Virus record (IMG/VR): IMGVR_UViG_3300006147_000010
Span: 1 to 64,000 of that record
Length of the DNA: 64,000 nucleotides
Source: an uncultured virus (IMG/VR IMGVR_UViG_3300006147_000010)
Lineage: Duplodnaviria > Heunggongvirae > Uroviricota > Caudoviricetes
Reading direction: 5' to 3' (one strand)
The notes beneath the pieces are model-generated. The model was not told where the DNA came from. It was given only the letters and a program-made list of their open reading frames with translations, and did not search any database. A program made the position numbers and the translations under genes. Within the stretch, counting starts at the first letter, position 1; each line of letters opens with the position of its first letter. Shown piece by piece: positions 1-8,631 of this stretch.

Positions 1-222
1 AGCCCAGGCGCCCAGTTGGCTCATCTCCCATGGGTCACCAAAAAACTCACTCCGACCACAACCCCTTGCGCCACAACACTCACATCCGTTTTATCATCGG
101 GGAGAATGTGTTGCTCACGCCATTCTTTATAAAGGATCGTCACAGATGATAAAACGGCGTCTCGCCAAAGTAGCTTGAAACGTGACTTTAAGGAGACAGA
201 TAATTTTCTCCGAAATTTGTGC

Positions 223-250
223 TTGACATCTGGGGCGATTATGCTATAAT
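223..250 (+). promoter_or_regulatory. sigma70/SigA promoter of the recombinase gene
   Basis: TTGACA (223-228), 16-bp spacer, extended -10 TGnTATAAT (242-250). Confidence 0.85.
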
Positions 251-299
251 AGTATCATAGTCAACAATCTTTTTTGAAGTATAGAGGGAGGCACCGTTC

Positions 300-1133
300 A
301 TGGGCAAGGTTATCAATGTAGACTTCACAGCGCGGAGTGCAGACGCAAACGCAGACGCAGTCATCGACGTTAAGGCAGTAGCTCAGTCCCGGAGGTTGCT
401 CCAGGCTGGCCTGATCGCGCCGGCTGTCGAGGATACCAGTTACGAAGTAGCGGGGGAACATGCAAGCGAACCTATCAAGAACGTAGACGACATCTACGCC
501 GTGTCTAAGTGGTTCATCACCAGAGGCCGGTATCGCGACAACATGCTCTTCATCGTTGGCATCAACTTCGGCCTGCGAGTCAGCGACCTGCTGACGCTGC
601 GGTTCTCCCACCTGATCGACGAACAGTTCAGGTTCAAGACCACGTTCCCCATTCTGGAGAAGAAGACCCGGAACACCAGGAAGGTGAAGCGCAACCGCTA
701 CATCACCATCAACGACGCCGTGGTGGATGCAGTCACGCTCTATCTGGAGAACACACCAGGCGTCAAGCTCAGCGACTTCATGTTCCGTGGTGAGAGCAAC
801 CGGTGCGGCAAGGACAACAACAAGGCCATGAGCCGGAAGTCTGCCGACCGGATCTTGAAGGAAGTCGGTGAGGCGCTCGGCCTCGGCATCCACATTGCTA
901 CCCACACGCTGCGCAAGACGTTCGCCTATCACCAGATGGTAATGAGCAACAACGACCCGCGCAAGCTCCTGCTTCTGCAGAAGATGTTCGGACACAGCAC
1001 GTCCGCCCAGACGCTCGACTACATCGGTATCACTGGTGAGGAGATCGAGGAGGCGTACATGCAGCTCAACCTGGGCGGGCGCCGCTCGCTCCGGCTGATG
1101 GACAGCACCATCGTGGAGCAGCCGGCAGGCTGA
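300..1133 (+). CDS. Tyrosine recombinase (XerC/D-like, no arm-binding domain)
   Basis: GLRVSDL, HTLRKTF, FGHS, TLDYIG give the R-HxxR-H-Y catalytic set; RBS GGGAGG. Confidence 0.9.
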   Translation: MGKVINVDFTARSADANADAVIDVKAVAQSRRLLQAGLIAPAVEDTSYEVAGEHASEPIKNVDDIYAVSKWFITRGRYRDNMLFIVGINFGLRVSDLLTLRFSHLIDEQFRFKTTFPILEKKTRNTRKVKRNRYITINDAVVDAVTLYLENTPGVKLSDFMFRGESNRCGKDNNKAMSRKSADRILKEVGEALGLGIHIATHTLRKTFAYHQMVMSNNDPRKLLLLQKMFGHSTSAQTLDYIGITGEEIEEAYMQLNLGGRRSLRLMDSTIVEQPAG

Positions 1134-1142
1134 TGCGCCACC

Positions 1143-1162
1143 TGCACCTTGACAACAGAATA
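1143..1162 (+). promoter_or_regulatory. boxA-like antitermination motif (or isolated -35 element)
   Basis: TGCACCTTGACAACAGAATA resembles Firmicute rrn boxA; lies right after the recombinase stop. Confidence 0.4.
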
Positions 1163-1280
1163 GGATACTACAGTCCTTAGCTCCCTCGTTTGAAGGCTCT
1201 ATAGCTACAAGTGTTCCTACAGAGATTCTCTTTAAGGGTTACCCCCTGAAATAATCCATTTCAAGGGCCGAAATTTTCGT

Positions 1281-1313
1281 TTTACCACCTGGGTGGTGGT
1301 AAACGGTGGTAAA
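1281..1313. repeat. Three GGTGGTAAA boxes (one inverted), operator-like
   Basis: TTTACCACC 1281-1289, GGTGGTAAA 1295-1303 and 1305-1313, abutting the next RBS. Confidence 0.6.
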
Positions 1314-1326
1314 GGAGGTTTTGCTT

Positions 1327-1707
1327 ATGAGTGTGAACTGGAAGATGGACGAGACAGCGCTGGGCCGCGAGACGTTCGCCGAGGACTTCGACGACTACGG
1401 GCGCGGGGAAGACCATAAGGTTTCTATCGGCGACGAGGTCGAAGCTACGGACAAATACGGGCGTACCCACGCCGGGGTGGTGGTGGGGATCATCCGCGAC
1501 ATCAACCGCGAGCCGGTATGTTATAAGGTATGGAATGAGGAGCTGGACGACTTCGATTTCATCCAGGCGTCAGACAACATCCTGTGTGAGCCGTGCGGCT
1601 CGTCGCAGTGGTCGCTGGAGCGCATCGGGTATGTGCAGCATGGGAACGATGCAGACCGGTGCTGGTTCTACCTGAACAAGCGGACGGGGGATGTGATCTA
1701 TTGGTAA
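1327..1707 (+). CDS. Hypothetical phage protein
   Basis: ORF; RBS AAAGGAGG before ATG 1327. Confidence 0.7.
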   Translation: MSVNWKMDETALGRETFAEDFDDYGRGEDHKVSIGDEVEATDKYGRTHAGVVVGIIRDINREPVCYKVWNEELDDFDFIQASDNILCEPCGSSQWSLERIGYVQHGNDADRCWFYLNKRTGDVIYW

Positions 1708-2927
1708 AGGTATGTGACGCCATCATGGGAACCGGCAAGAGTTCCGCAGCCATTACATACATGAACGACCACCCCGAGAAGAAGTTCATCTATATCACAC
1801 CATACCTTGAAGAAGCGACACGCATCGCCACATCATGTTCCCGGCTCCACTTCTTCGAGCCCAAGAAGAAAACGGAGTTCAATGGGTCAAAGACCCTACA
1901 TACGATTGACCTCGTGAAGCGAGGGGAGAACATCGCTACCACCCATCAGGCGTTCCGGTTCTATCCACAGGAGCTTCTGGAACTGGTGAGTGGGCAGGGC
2001 TACACGTTAATCATCGACGAGAACGTAGACGTGCTGGAAACGCTGGACGAAGACCCGGCAGATATCCAGATGGCTATCGACGCCGGGTACATTTCCGAAA
2101 TCAGACCGGACGTTTTCCACCTCGTCAAAGACGTATACGATGGGAAGACGCACCGGGATCTGTTCCGAGTCCTGCGGACACGCGACCTGATTCGGATGAC
2201 TGGCGAGTCCAAGGAGTCTTTCTTCTACTGGCAGCTCCCGCCTGAACTCATCACCTCGTTCGACGAGGTATACATCCTGACGTACCTGTTTGAGGGACAG
2301 AGCCTGCACCACTTCCTCGAAATGTACGACATCCCATACCAGTTCGTTGGGGTGGAGAAAACGGGCGACAGCGAGTTCAGGTTCAGCAGCTCGACAGAGT
2401 ATGTGCCGGACTACGTCCAAAACATCCACGACATGATTGAGATCGTGGATGACCCCAAGCTGAACGATGTTGGGGAGGACGACTTCTCCCTATCTATGAG
2501 CTGGTTCGACAAGGAGAGTTCTGACACATCCAGGTTGAAGAACAACCTTTATAATTTCTTCCGCTATATGTGCGGGGCAGAGGCCGCAGACAGAATGTGG
2601 TCTACATATCGTGACGCGAAGTCGAAGATCCAGGGCAAGGGATACACCAACGGGTTCATTCCGTTCAACAAGAAAGCGACGAATGAATATAGGAATCGCA
2701 CCGCCGTTGCGTACTGCGTCAACCTATATATGAACGTCGGACAAAAACTGTTCTACCAAAACAACGGCGTGGAGGTAGACGAGGACGCATACGCCTTATC
2801 CATTATGGTACAGTGGATTTGGCGAAGCGCAATCCGTGACGGACAGAAGATCGTACTGTATGTTCCAAGCAAACGGATGCGCGGTCTGCTTACCAACTGG
2901 ATGGAGGAGGTGAGCAGACGTGGATAA
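1701..2927 (+). CDS. SF2/DEAD-like P-loop ATPase/helicase
   Basis: Walker A GTGKS, Walker B LIIDE, motif VI-like QWIWRSAIR; start re-called to TTG 1701. Confidence 0.75.
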   Translation: MVKVCDAIMGTGKSSAAITYMNDHPEKKFIYITPYLEEATRIATSCSRLHFFEPKKKTEFNGSKTLHTIDLVKRGENIATTHQAFRFYPQELLELVSGQGYTLIIDENVDVLETLDEDPADIQMAIDAGYISEIRPDVFHLVKDVYDGKTHRDLFRVLRTRDLIRMTGESKESFFYWQLPPELITSFDEVYILTYLFEGQSLHHFLEMYDIPYQFVGVEKTGDSEFRFSSSTEYVPDYVQNIHDMIEIVDDPKLNDVGEDDFSLSMSWFDKESSDTSRLKNNLYNFFRYMCGAEAADRMWSTYRDAKSKIQGKGYTNGFIPFNKKATNEYRNRTAVAYCVNLYMNVGQKLFYQNNGVEVDEDAYALSIMVQWIWRSAIRDGQKIVLYVPSKRMRGLLTNWMEEVSRRG

Positions 2928-3093
2928 GTGTGACAGATGTTTATGGGCAGGGTGCTGTCGTACAGCCATGGATGGATGCCCGGACTTTACAACGGTGGAC
3001 GAGAACGAATACATCGAGGAGTTCCACAGGGTTCGGTCAGAGGAACTGCTTCCGTATTGGATGATATATATCGGACAATACAGCGACGACTAA
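2920..3093 (+). CDS. Small Cys-rich protein (MDKCDRCLWAGCC...), not in the ORF track
   Basis: GGAGGTGA RBS, GTG start overlapping the helicase end, 57 aa, stop TAA. Confidence 0.6.
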   Translation: MDKCDRCLWAGCCRTAMDGCPDFTTVDENEYIEEFHRVRSEELLPYWMIYIGQYSDD

Positions 3094-3127
3094 TTTTTTT
3101 AGCGTATCAACAATTTTATTTGAGGCG

Positions 3128-5893
3128 GTGAGCATTATTTCCAAACAACAGTCTTGCCAGAAGTTTATCCTCAAACTTCATAGCGCACGCTTACGCAAGG
3201 CAAGGTGGAATTTGACGCTCCCTATCTCCGAGGCGCGGAGAAACGATGAAGTCATTTCCCTCAGCGACAGCCAGATGCTGCGCTTCATCGATAAGCTGAA
3301 TGGCATCGAGAACGCAGACGCGATTGCGAAAGAGATTAAGAGCGAAATAAAAATGCTCAGAAAACAAATAAATTCTCTACAAAATCGCAAGAAAATTAAA
3401 AGTTTATACGAGAAATTAGATGAAATACAATACAAACCAGATTACATGTGTTTGATCATCGACAAAGAGAAAGACTATTGGAGAGCTTGCAAGGGCTTCA
3501 AGATCAACGGGGTGAAGTACGTCAGGCTGCTGGGTACCAACGGCGGCATCAAGAACTCGACCATCGTGTTCGTCAGTGAGAGGCTGGCGCCTGAGCTGCG
3601 CCGGCGTATTGACAACGGGAGGGACAAGAGCAAGGAGCTGGTACCGGCCAAGCTGGAAGCGTATCAGGCGCTGGCCTGCAGCGGCTCCATCCCGGTGTCC
3701 TACCCCAACGGCATCGCCGTGGTCGAGGACTGCGTGACGCACTTCAAGTCCGACGTCATCAACATCGAGGACTCGGACGGTGAACCGAAGATGTGGTTCC
3801 AGGCCGGGGCGGATATGGAGCTCGACGAGTCGGACGGGTACGGCATCATGCTCCCATCTCTGGCGAGAAGGTGGTCGGAAGAACTTCAGCTCGACTACAT
3901 GGTAAGCGGAGTCAACACCCGTCTGTCCTTTGAGAAGGGGATGGTCTTCACCTTCGACTTCCTGGAGTTTGCCGACGAGGTGGCCGGCACCCGCATCATC
4001 AAAGATGCGTGGGGTAACGATGTGGATCTCTCAAACGTGGAGCTGATACTCACCACGTCCATGGTCAAGCTGTGGGACAGCTACGCGAGCTGTGAGGACT
4101 ACCTGCGCAACTGCAAGGAGAACGGGTATACCTTCGGCATCACAAAGTCCTGCCCAAAGGTTTTGGAGAATGAGCGCAGTACCAACTACCAGTTCCTCCA
4201 GGTGTACGACCTGGACGACGCACAGGTCGAGCAGCTCATCCAGCCGACCATGCAGGAGATCCATGACATCCTGGCGCTCGACTGGAGGAAGGCCGCTCTG
4301 TTCCTCAAGGGAGTAGGGCTGAACGAGGAGAACATCGACTTCATCGAGTCGGACTTCGCGAAGGCCATCATGGTGGAGCCCAGGATGATGGACGACCCAT
4401 TCGTCACGAAGAAGATCTACGGTATGATAAAGAAGCGCATCATCGACGCGAAGATCGGCGTCATCAAAGTGCGCGGCAACTACTCCATCATCTCCGGCGA
4501 CCCATACGCGCTGTGTCAGAGCATCTTCGGTCTGGAAGTCACCGGGCTGCTGAAGGCCGGCGAGATCTACAACAAGTATTGGTTAGACCACGGTGTAGAC
4601 AACGTGGTGTGCTTCCGCGCTCCTATGACCTGTGCCAACAACGTAATCAAGATGCACGTCAACGGAAGTGAGGAGGCACAGCACTGGTACAGATATATGG
4701 TGTCATGTTCGCTGCTGAATGCCTGGGACACCACGGCGGCTGCGCTGAACGGCGCGGACAAAGACGGTGATCTGATTTTCACAACGGACAATGAGATACT
4801 GGTGTCGTGCCACAGGCAGCTCCCCGCGCTCATGTGTGCCCAGAGGAAAGCGACGAAGTGCGTGCCGACGCAGGAGGACATCATCAACTCGAACATCGCC
4901 AGTTTCGGCGATGACATCGGGAAGATCACGAACCATATCACATCTATGTTCGATGTGATATCCATGTACGAGAAGGGCAGCCCGGAGTACGAGGCGCTCG
5001 ACTACCGTATCAAGTGTGGGCAGAAGTTCCAGCAGGACTCCATCGACCGGGCTAAGGGCATCATCTCAAAGCCAATGCCAAAGAGCTGGTACGACAGGGC
5101 GTATGTCAGGAACACATATGGCGACGACGAAGAGAAGGTGCAGTTCGCCATGAAGATCGTTGCGGACAAGAAGCCGTACTTCATGCGGTACATCTACCCG
5201 ACGCTGATGCGCCAGTACACTACATACGTTTCCAACACCAACAAGAAGGCGCTTCGCGAGTTCCGCCTGACCATTGACGAGCTGATAGAGAAGGAGCGCG
5301 CAGGCGGTCTGTCTGACGAAGAACGGGAGTTCCTACACTACTATCGTATCAAGACGCCGGTGGGAGTACATGACTGTGTGATGAACAGAATATGCCGGCG
5401 CTTCGAGGACGAGTTCGATGGGTACATCACCCGCCACAACTCCGACGTCGAGTTCGACTATACGATTATGAAGAGCGGCGTGGAGTATACACAGACCCAG
5501 TACAACGCAATCCTTCGGTTGTACGAAGCGTACAACAAGCGGATGCAGGACTATATGCAGTACGCAAAGAAGGAGCGCCTGGATGAAGACGAGAACATGA
5601 ACCACAGGTACGTTATGGTTCAGGACTTCCGCAGAGAGTGCCAGATTGTTTGCTCCAATAAAAGTCAGTTGTGTGACATACTGTTGGATATATGTTATCA
5701 GAAAGAAGGGTCAAAGCAGTTTGTCTGGGACATGGCAAGCGATGAAATCATCGACGCTTTGGTCAGGAACAACGGCGGCTATATTTCCTTCCCTGCCCGC
5801 GACGACAACGGAGACGTTTTGTTTGGCGGCGAACGGTTCTCGTTCGCAAGAAAGCAGATTGGAGGGGAAGCAGATGAATATAGTGCTGAATGA
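3128..5893 (+). CDS. YonO-like single-subunit DNA-dependent RNA polymerase (cellular RdRP-related fold)
   Basis: 921 aa; SDGYG motif, FRAP motif, catalytic GADKDGD (DxDGD); sits upstream of the late operon as in SPbeta. Confidence 0.85.
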   Translation: MSIISKQQSCQKFILKLHSARLRKARWNLTLPISEARRNDEVISLSDSQMLRFIDKLNGIENADAIAKEIKSEIKMLRKQINSLQNRKKIKSLYEKLDEIQYKPDYMCLIIDKEKDYWRACKGFKINGVKYVRLLGTNGGIKNSTIVFVSERLAPELRRRIDNGRDKSKELVPAKLEAYQALACSGSIPVSYPNGIAVVEDCVTHFKSDVINIEDSDGEPKMWFQAGADMELDESDGYGIMLPSLARRWSEELQLDYMVSGVNTRLSFEKGMVFTFDFLEFADEVAGTRIIKDAWGNDVDLSNVELILTTSMVKLWDSYASCEDYLRNCKENGYTFGITKSCPKVLENERSTNYQFLQVYDLDDAQVEQLIQPTMQEIHDILALDWRKAALFLKGVGLNEENIDFIESDFAKAIMVEPRMMDDPFVTKKIYGMIKKRIIDAKIGVIKVRGNYSIISGDPYALCQSIFGLEVTGLLKAGEIYNKYWLDHGVDNVVCFRAPMTCANNVIKMHVNGSEEAQHWYRYMVSCSLLNAWDTTAAALNGADKDGDLIFTTDNEILVSCHRQLPALMCAQRKATKCVPTQEDIINSNIASFGDDIGKITNHITSMFDVISMYEKGSPEYEALDYRIKCGQKFQQDSIDRAKGIISKPMPKSWYDRAYVRNTYGDDEEKVQFAMKIVADKKPYFMRYIYPTLMRQYTTYVSNTNKKALREFRLTIDELIEKERAGGLSDEEREFLHYYRIKTPVGVHDCVMNRICRRFEDEFDGYITRHNSDVEFDYTIMKSGVEYTQTQYNAILRLYEAYNKRMQDYMQYAKKERLDEDENMNHRYVMVQDFRRECQIVCSNKSQLCDILLDICYQKEGSKQFVWDMASDEIIDALVRNNGGYISFPARDDNGDVLFGGERFSFARKQIGGEADEYSAE

Positions 5894-6659
5894 GTCGGAG
5901 TATGTGGAGGGAATCCTCCGTGACCATCAACTCGGGCCGAAGCCTACGGAGACTCTGGTGCGTGTGGCTCGGTACTATTCGACGGTAGATATGATGAAGA
6001 AGTCAGACGTACGCGCCGAGCTTGAGAAGTTCATGCTCCGGTGCGACCCATCCATCAACTTGGTCAAGTGGCAGGACACGTTGGACAGAATCATCAAGGC
6101 CGCCGGCAAGTATCCGATGGTCGATATCGAGAGCGTCCCTATCACCGAGAAAGAGATTGCCCTGTGCGACGGCCTGTCCAAGGATACCAAGCGGCGCGAC
6201 CTCTCGATGTATAAGAGCTTCTCGGATAAGCCGATGCGCCGCCTGCTGTTCACCCTGATTTGTCTGGCGAAATACTCGGACCTTGTGAATAGCAAGAACG
6301 GCGGGTGGGTCAACCGGACAGACAAAGAGATCTTCAAGCTGGCTAACGTGGTCACGCCGGTCAAGCGCCAGTCCCTCATGTTGAACGACCTGCGTGAGAT
6401 GGGACATATCAAGTTCAGCAGGAAGGTGGACAACGTGAACATCAACGTCCAGTGCCTTGACCCGGGTGGCGCGGTGGCGCTTGAGATCCGTGACTTCCGC
6501 AACCTTGGCTATCAGTACATGCGCCATTGCGGAGAGGCATACATAGAGTGCGAACAATGCGGTCTGGTAATCAAGCAGCGCAACAACTCACAGAAATATT
6601 GCCCCGACTGTGCCATCGACGTGAACAGGCAAAGGTCTATTGATAGACGGAAAAGTTGA
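5874..6659 (+). CDS. Phage protein with C-terminal zinc ribbon, possible RNAP partner
   Basis: RBS GGAGGGG before ATG 5874; CEQC...CPDC at C-terminus; overlaps the RNAP end. Confidence 0.7.
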   Translation: MNIVLNESEYVEGILRDHQLGPKPTETLVRVARYYSTVDMMKKSDVRAELEKFMLRCDPSINLVKWQDTLDRIIKAAGKYPMVDIESVPITEKEIALCDGLSKDTKRRDLSMYKSFSDKPMRRLLFTLICLAKYSDLVNSKNGGWVNRTDKEIFKLANVVTPVKRQSLMLNDLREMGHIKFSRKVDNVNINVQCLDPGGAVALEIRDFRNLGYQYMRHCGEAYIECEQCGLVIKQRNNSQKYCPDCAIDVNRQRSIDRRKS

Positions 6660-6688
6660 ACTTTTTTGAATATGTTTGAAACAGAAAC

Positions 6689-6724
6689 AGCCTGTAAGTA
6701 TTCAGTCCAAGATACTTACAGGCT
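6689..6724. repeat. Perfect 13-bp inverted repeat with 10-bp spacer
   Basis: AGCCTGTAAGTAT-tcagtccaag-ATACTTACAGGCT. Confidence 0.9.
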
Positions 6725-6805
6725 ACTGTGCAGTATTTCTATATATAGAGAGAAAAGGCATAGAAAAATCACATTATATACTATAGGTTGAAAGGGTGTT
6801 CATTT

Positions 6806-6967
6806 TTGGTTGCTATCAGCGCACGAGAAAAACAGATCATTGCGGAGAGATGTCCGATGGTGCATATCCGTCGGACGGTCAAACAGAAGAGTAACAGGCA
6901 TCGGTACTACATGGAAGAGAGCAGGGAAGCCATGCGTATTCTGAGGTCGCTCCGCAGGTCGGCATAA
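6806..6967 (+). CDS. Small basic protein (53 aa), not in the ORF track
   Basis: GAAAGGGTG RBS, TTG start, MVAISAREKQ...RRSA*, ends just before the next RBS. Confidence 0.6.
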   Translation: MVAISAREKQIIAERCPMVHIRRTVKQKSNRHRYYMEESREAMRILRSLRRSA

Positions 6968-6979
6968 GAGGAGGACTAT

Positions 6980-8182
6980 ATGGACAAGCTGACGAAGAGG
7001 CCAAACGAAACAGATTTGGCGTATCATAAGCGTCTGATCTATGGGAAGTTGGTCGATGGGACGCTTGCCGACGAGGACTACTCAGAACTGGCGCCATATG
7101 TCTATGGTAGAGAATACAGTACGGACGTTGCACGCAGGATGATGTACGGCAGCAAGAGAACGCTTGAGCTGTTAAGCGAGAGCGCCGAGCAGTCTATCAC
7201 ATCCGACGATATCCTGAGCGAGCTGGACGCGAAGAGGATTGAGCTGCAGAAGGACAAGCAGAAGATGCTTGACCAGAGGTCTGCGCTCAACAAACTGATC
7301 CGTGAACGCGCACGTCAGGAAGAGATCAATGAAATCCTGATGAGTGCGGTGGAGAGGGGCAATCTTCCATCGCTTGATTACCATGGCCCGAGTGAGGGTG
7401 TCACATTGTCATCCGACAACGATATCCTGGTAAGTCTCAATGACATTCACTATGGGGCGAAGGTGAACAACTATTGGAACAAGTACGACTCCGATATCTG
7501 TCGCGATATGATGCGCCGGTACCTTGACCGTATCATTGAGATCGGTCGTTTACATAGGAGCGAGAATTGCATCGTGTGGGAGAATGGGGACGCGATCTCC
7601 GGCAACATCCACTACTCGATTGCAGTGACCAACAAAGAGAACGTAATCCAGCAGGTCATTGGTGTGTCTGAGCTGATTGCAGAGTTTCTTGCTGAACTGA
7701 GCAAGCACTTTGCCAGCGTGCAGTTTGTGAGTGTGTCAGGTAACCACTCCAGGCTTGACGTGAAAGACCGTGCCCTGCAGTCTGAGCGCATGGACGATCT
7801 GGTGGAATGGTATCTGGCTGCACGTCTGCAGAACTTCGACAACGTCTTGATTGGCGTTGGCGAGAAGGTAGACGCCACCATGTATCTGATTGATGTGCGG
7901 GGTAAGACATACTGTGGTATCCACGGTGATTACGACGGAAGCGCCACGAAGGTGCAGGCGCTTCAGACAATGGCTCGCAGGCCGCTGTACGCGGTTCTGA
8001 GCGGGCATCTTCACCACAACATGATGGATGAAGTCCAGGGGATCAAGACGGTCATGGCCGGCAGCTTCCTCGGGATGGATGATTTTTGTGTCAGTAAACG
8101 AATATACGGCCGCCCGGAGCAGATGGTATGTATCTGCGACAACAGCGGCATCAGGTGTTCGTACAATATTGATCTCAGCTAA
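6980..8182 (+). CDS. Calcineurin-like metallophosphoesterase with N-terminal coiled coil
   Basis: DIH, NGD, GNH, HGD, GHLH motifs. Confidence 0.85.
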   Translation: MDKLTKRPNETDLAYHKRLIYGKLVDGTLADEDYSELAPYVYGREYSTDVARRMMYGSKRTLELLSESAEQSITSDDILSELDAKRIELQKDKQKMLDQRSALNKLIRERARQEEINEILMSAVERGNLPSLDYHGPSEGVTLSSDNDILVSLNDIHYGAKVNNYWNKYDSDICRDMMRRYLDRIIEIGRLHRSENCIVWENGDAISGNIHYSIAVTNKENVIQQVIGVSELIAEFLAELSKHFASVQFVSVSGNHSRLDVKDRALQSERMDDLVEWYLAARLQNFDNVLIGVGEKVDATMYLIDVRGKTYCGIHGDYDGSATKVQALQTMARRPLYAVLSGHLHHNMMDEVQGIKTVMAGSFLGMDDFCVSKRIYGRPEQMVCICDNSGIRCSYNIDLS

Positions 8183-8188
8183 AGCGAC

Positions 8189-8222
8189 CGGGAGGGGTGA
8201 ACAGCCCCTCCCGCTATTTTTT
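8189..8222 (+). terminator. Intrinsic terminator-like hairpin
   Basis: CGGGAGGGG/CCCCTCCCG stem followed by a T-run. Confidence 0.7.
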
Positions 8223-8226
8223 ATAT

Positions 8227-8300
8227 CGCAGGATCGTCTAAAGGTAGGATATTTGGTTCATGCCCAAAAGATTAGAGTTCGACTCTCTATCCTGCAACCA
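8227..8300 (+). tRNA. tRNA with CAT anticodon (Met/fMet-like, atypical)
   Basis: Acceptor CGCAGGA/TCCTGCA (C1:A72), anticodon arm TTTGG-TTCATGC-CCAAA, T arm TAGAG-TTCGACT-CTCTA, encoded CCA end. Confidence 0.85.
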
Positions 8301-8329
8301 CAACTATTTTTGACTGAAAGGGTGAACAT

Positions 8330-8620
8330 ATGGTAACAAGGGACGAGTTCATCGAGCGCCTGTCGCAGAAGGGTTATACCAAGCGCGACGCCGGCATCGT
8401 GATGGACGATTTTATCAGAACATTGGAGGAGGCTCTGGTCGGCGGCGAATCCGTAATGTTCCACGGGTTCGGGACATTTGAAGTCCGTGAGCGCGCCGAG
8501 CGTGAGAGCTCCAATCCACAGACGAAGGAACGAATTGTAATCCCCTCTTATCGTGCCGCGCACTTCACGCCGGGCAAGAAGCTGAAGCGTGAAATCAAAG
8601 AGGGCTTGGTTCGGGATTGA
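8330..8620 (+). CDS. hup: HU/IHF family DNA-binding protein
   Basis: GFGTFEVRERAER..NPQT.E.I.IP....FTPGK signature. Confidence 0.95.
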   Translation: MVTRDEFIERLSQKGYTKRDAGIVMDDFIRTLEEALVGGESVMFHGFGTFEVRERAERESSNPQTKERIVIPSYRAAHFTPGKKLKREIKEGLVRD

Positions 8621-8631
8621 GGTGATACGCA

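Noticed and set aside
2937..3131. 64-aa ORF from the track
   Set aside because: The alternative frame 2920-3093 has the better-placed RBS and coupling
3128..5893. RNA-virus or RNAi-type RdRP
   Set aside because: Context is a dsDNA phage late module, matching YonO-type DNA-dependent RNAP
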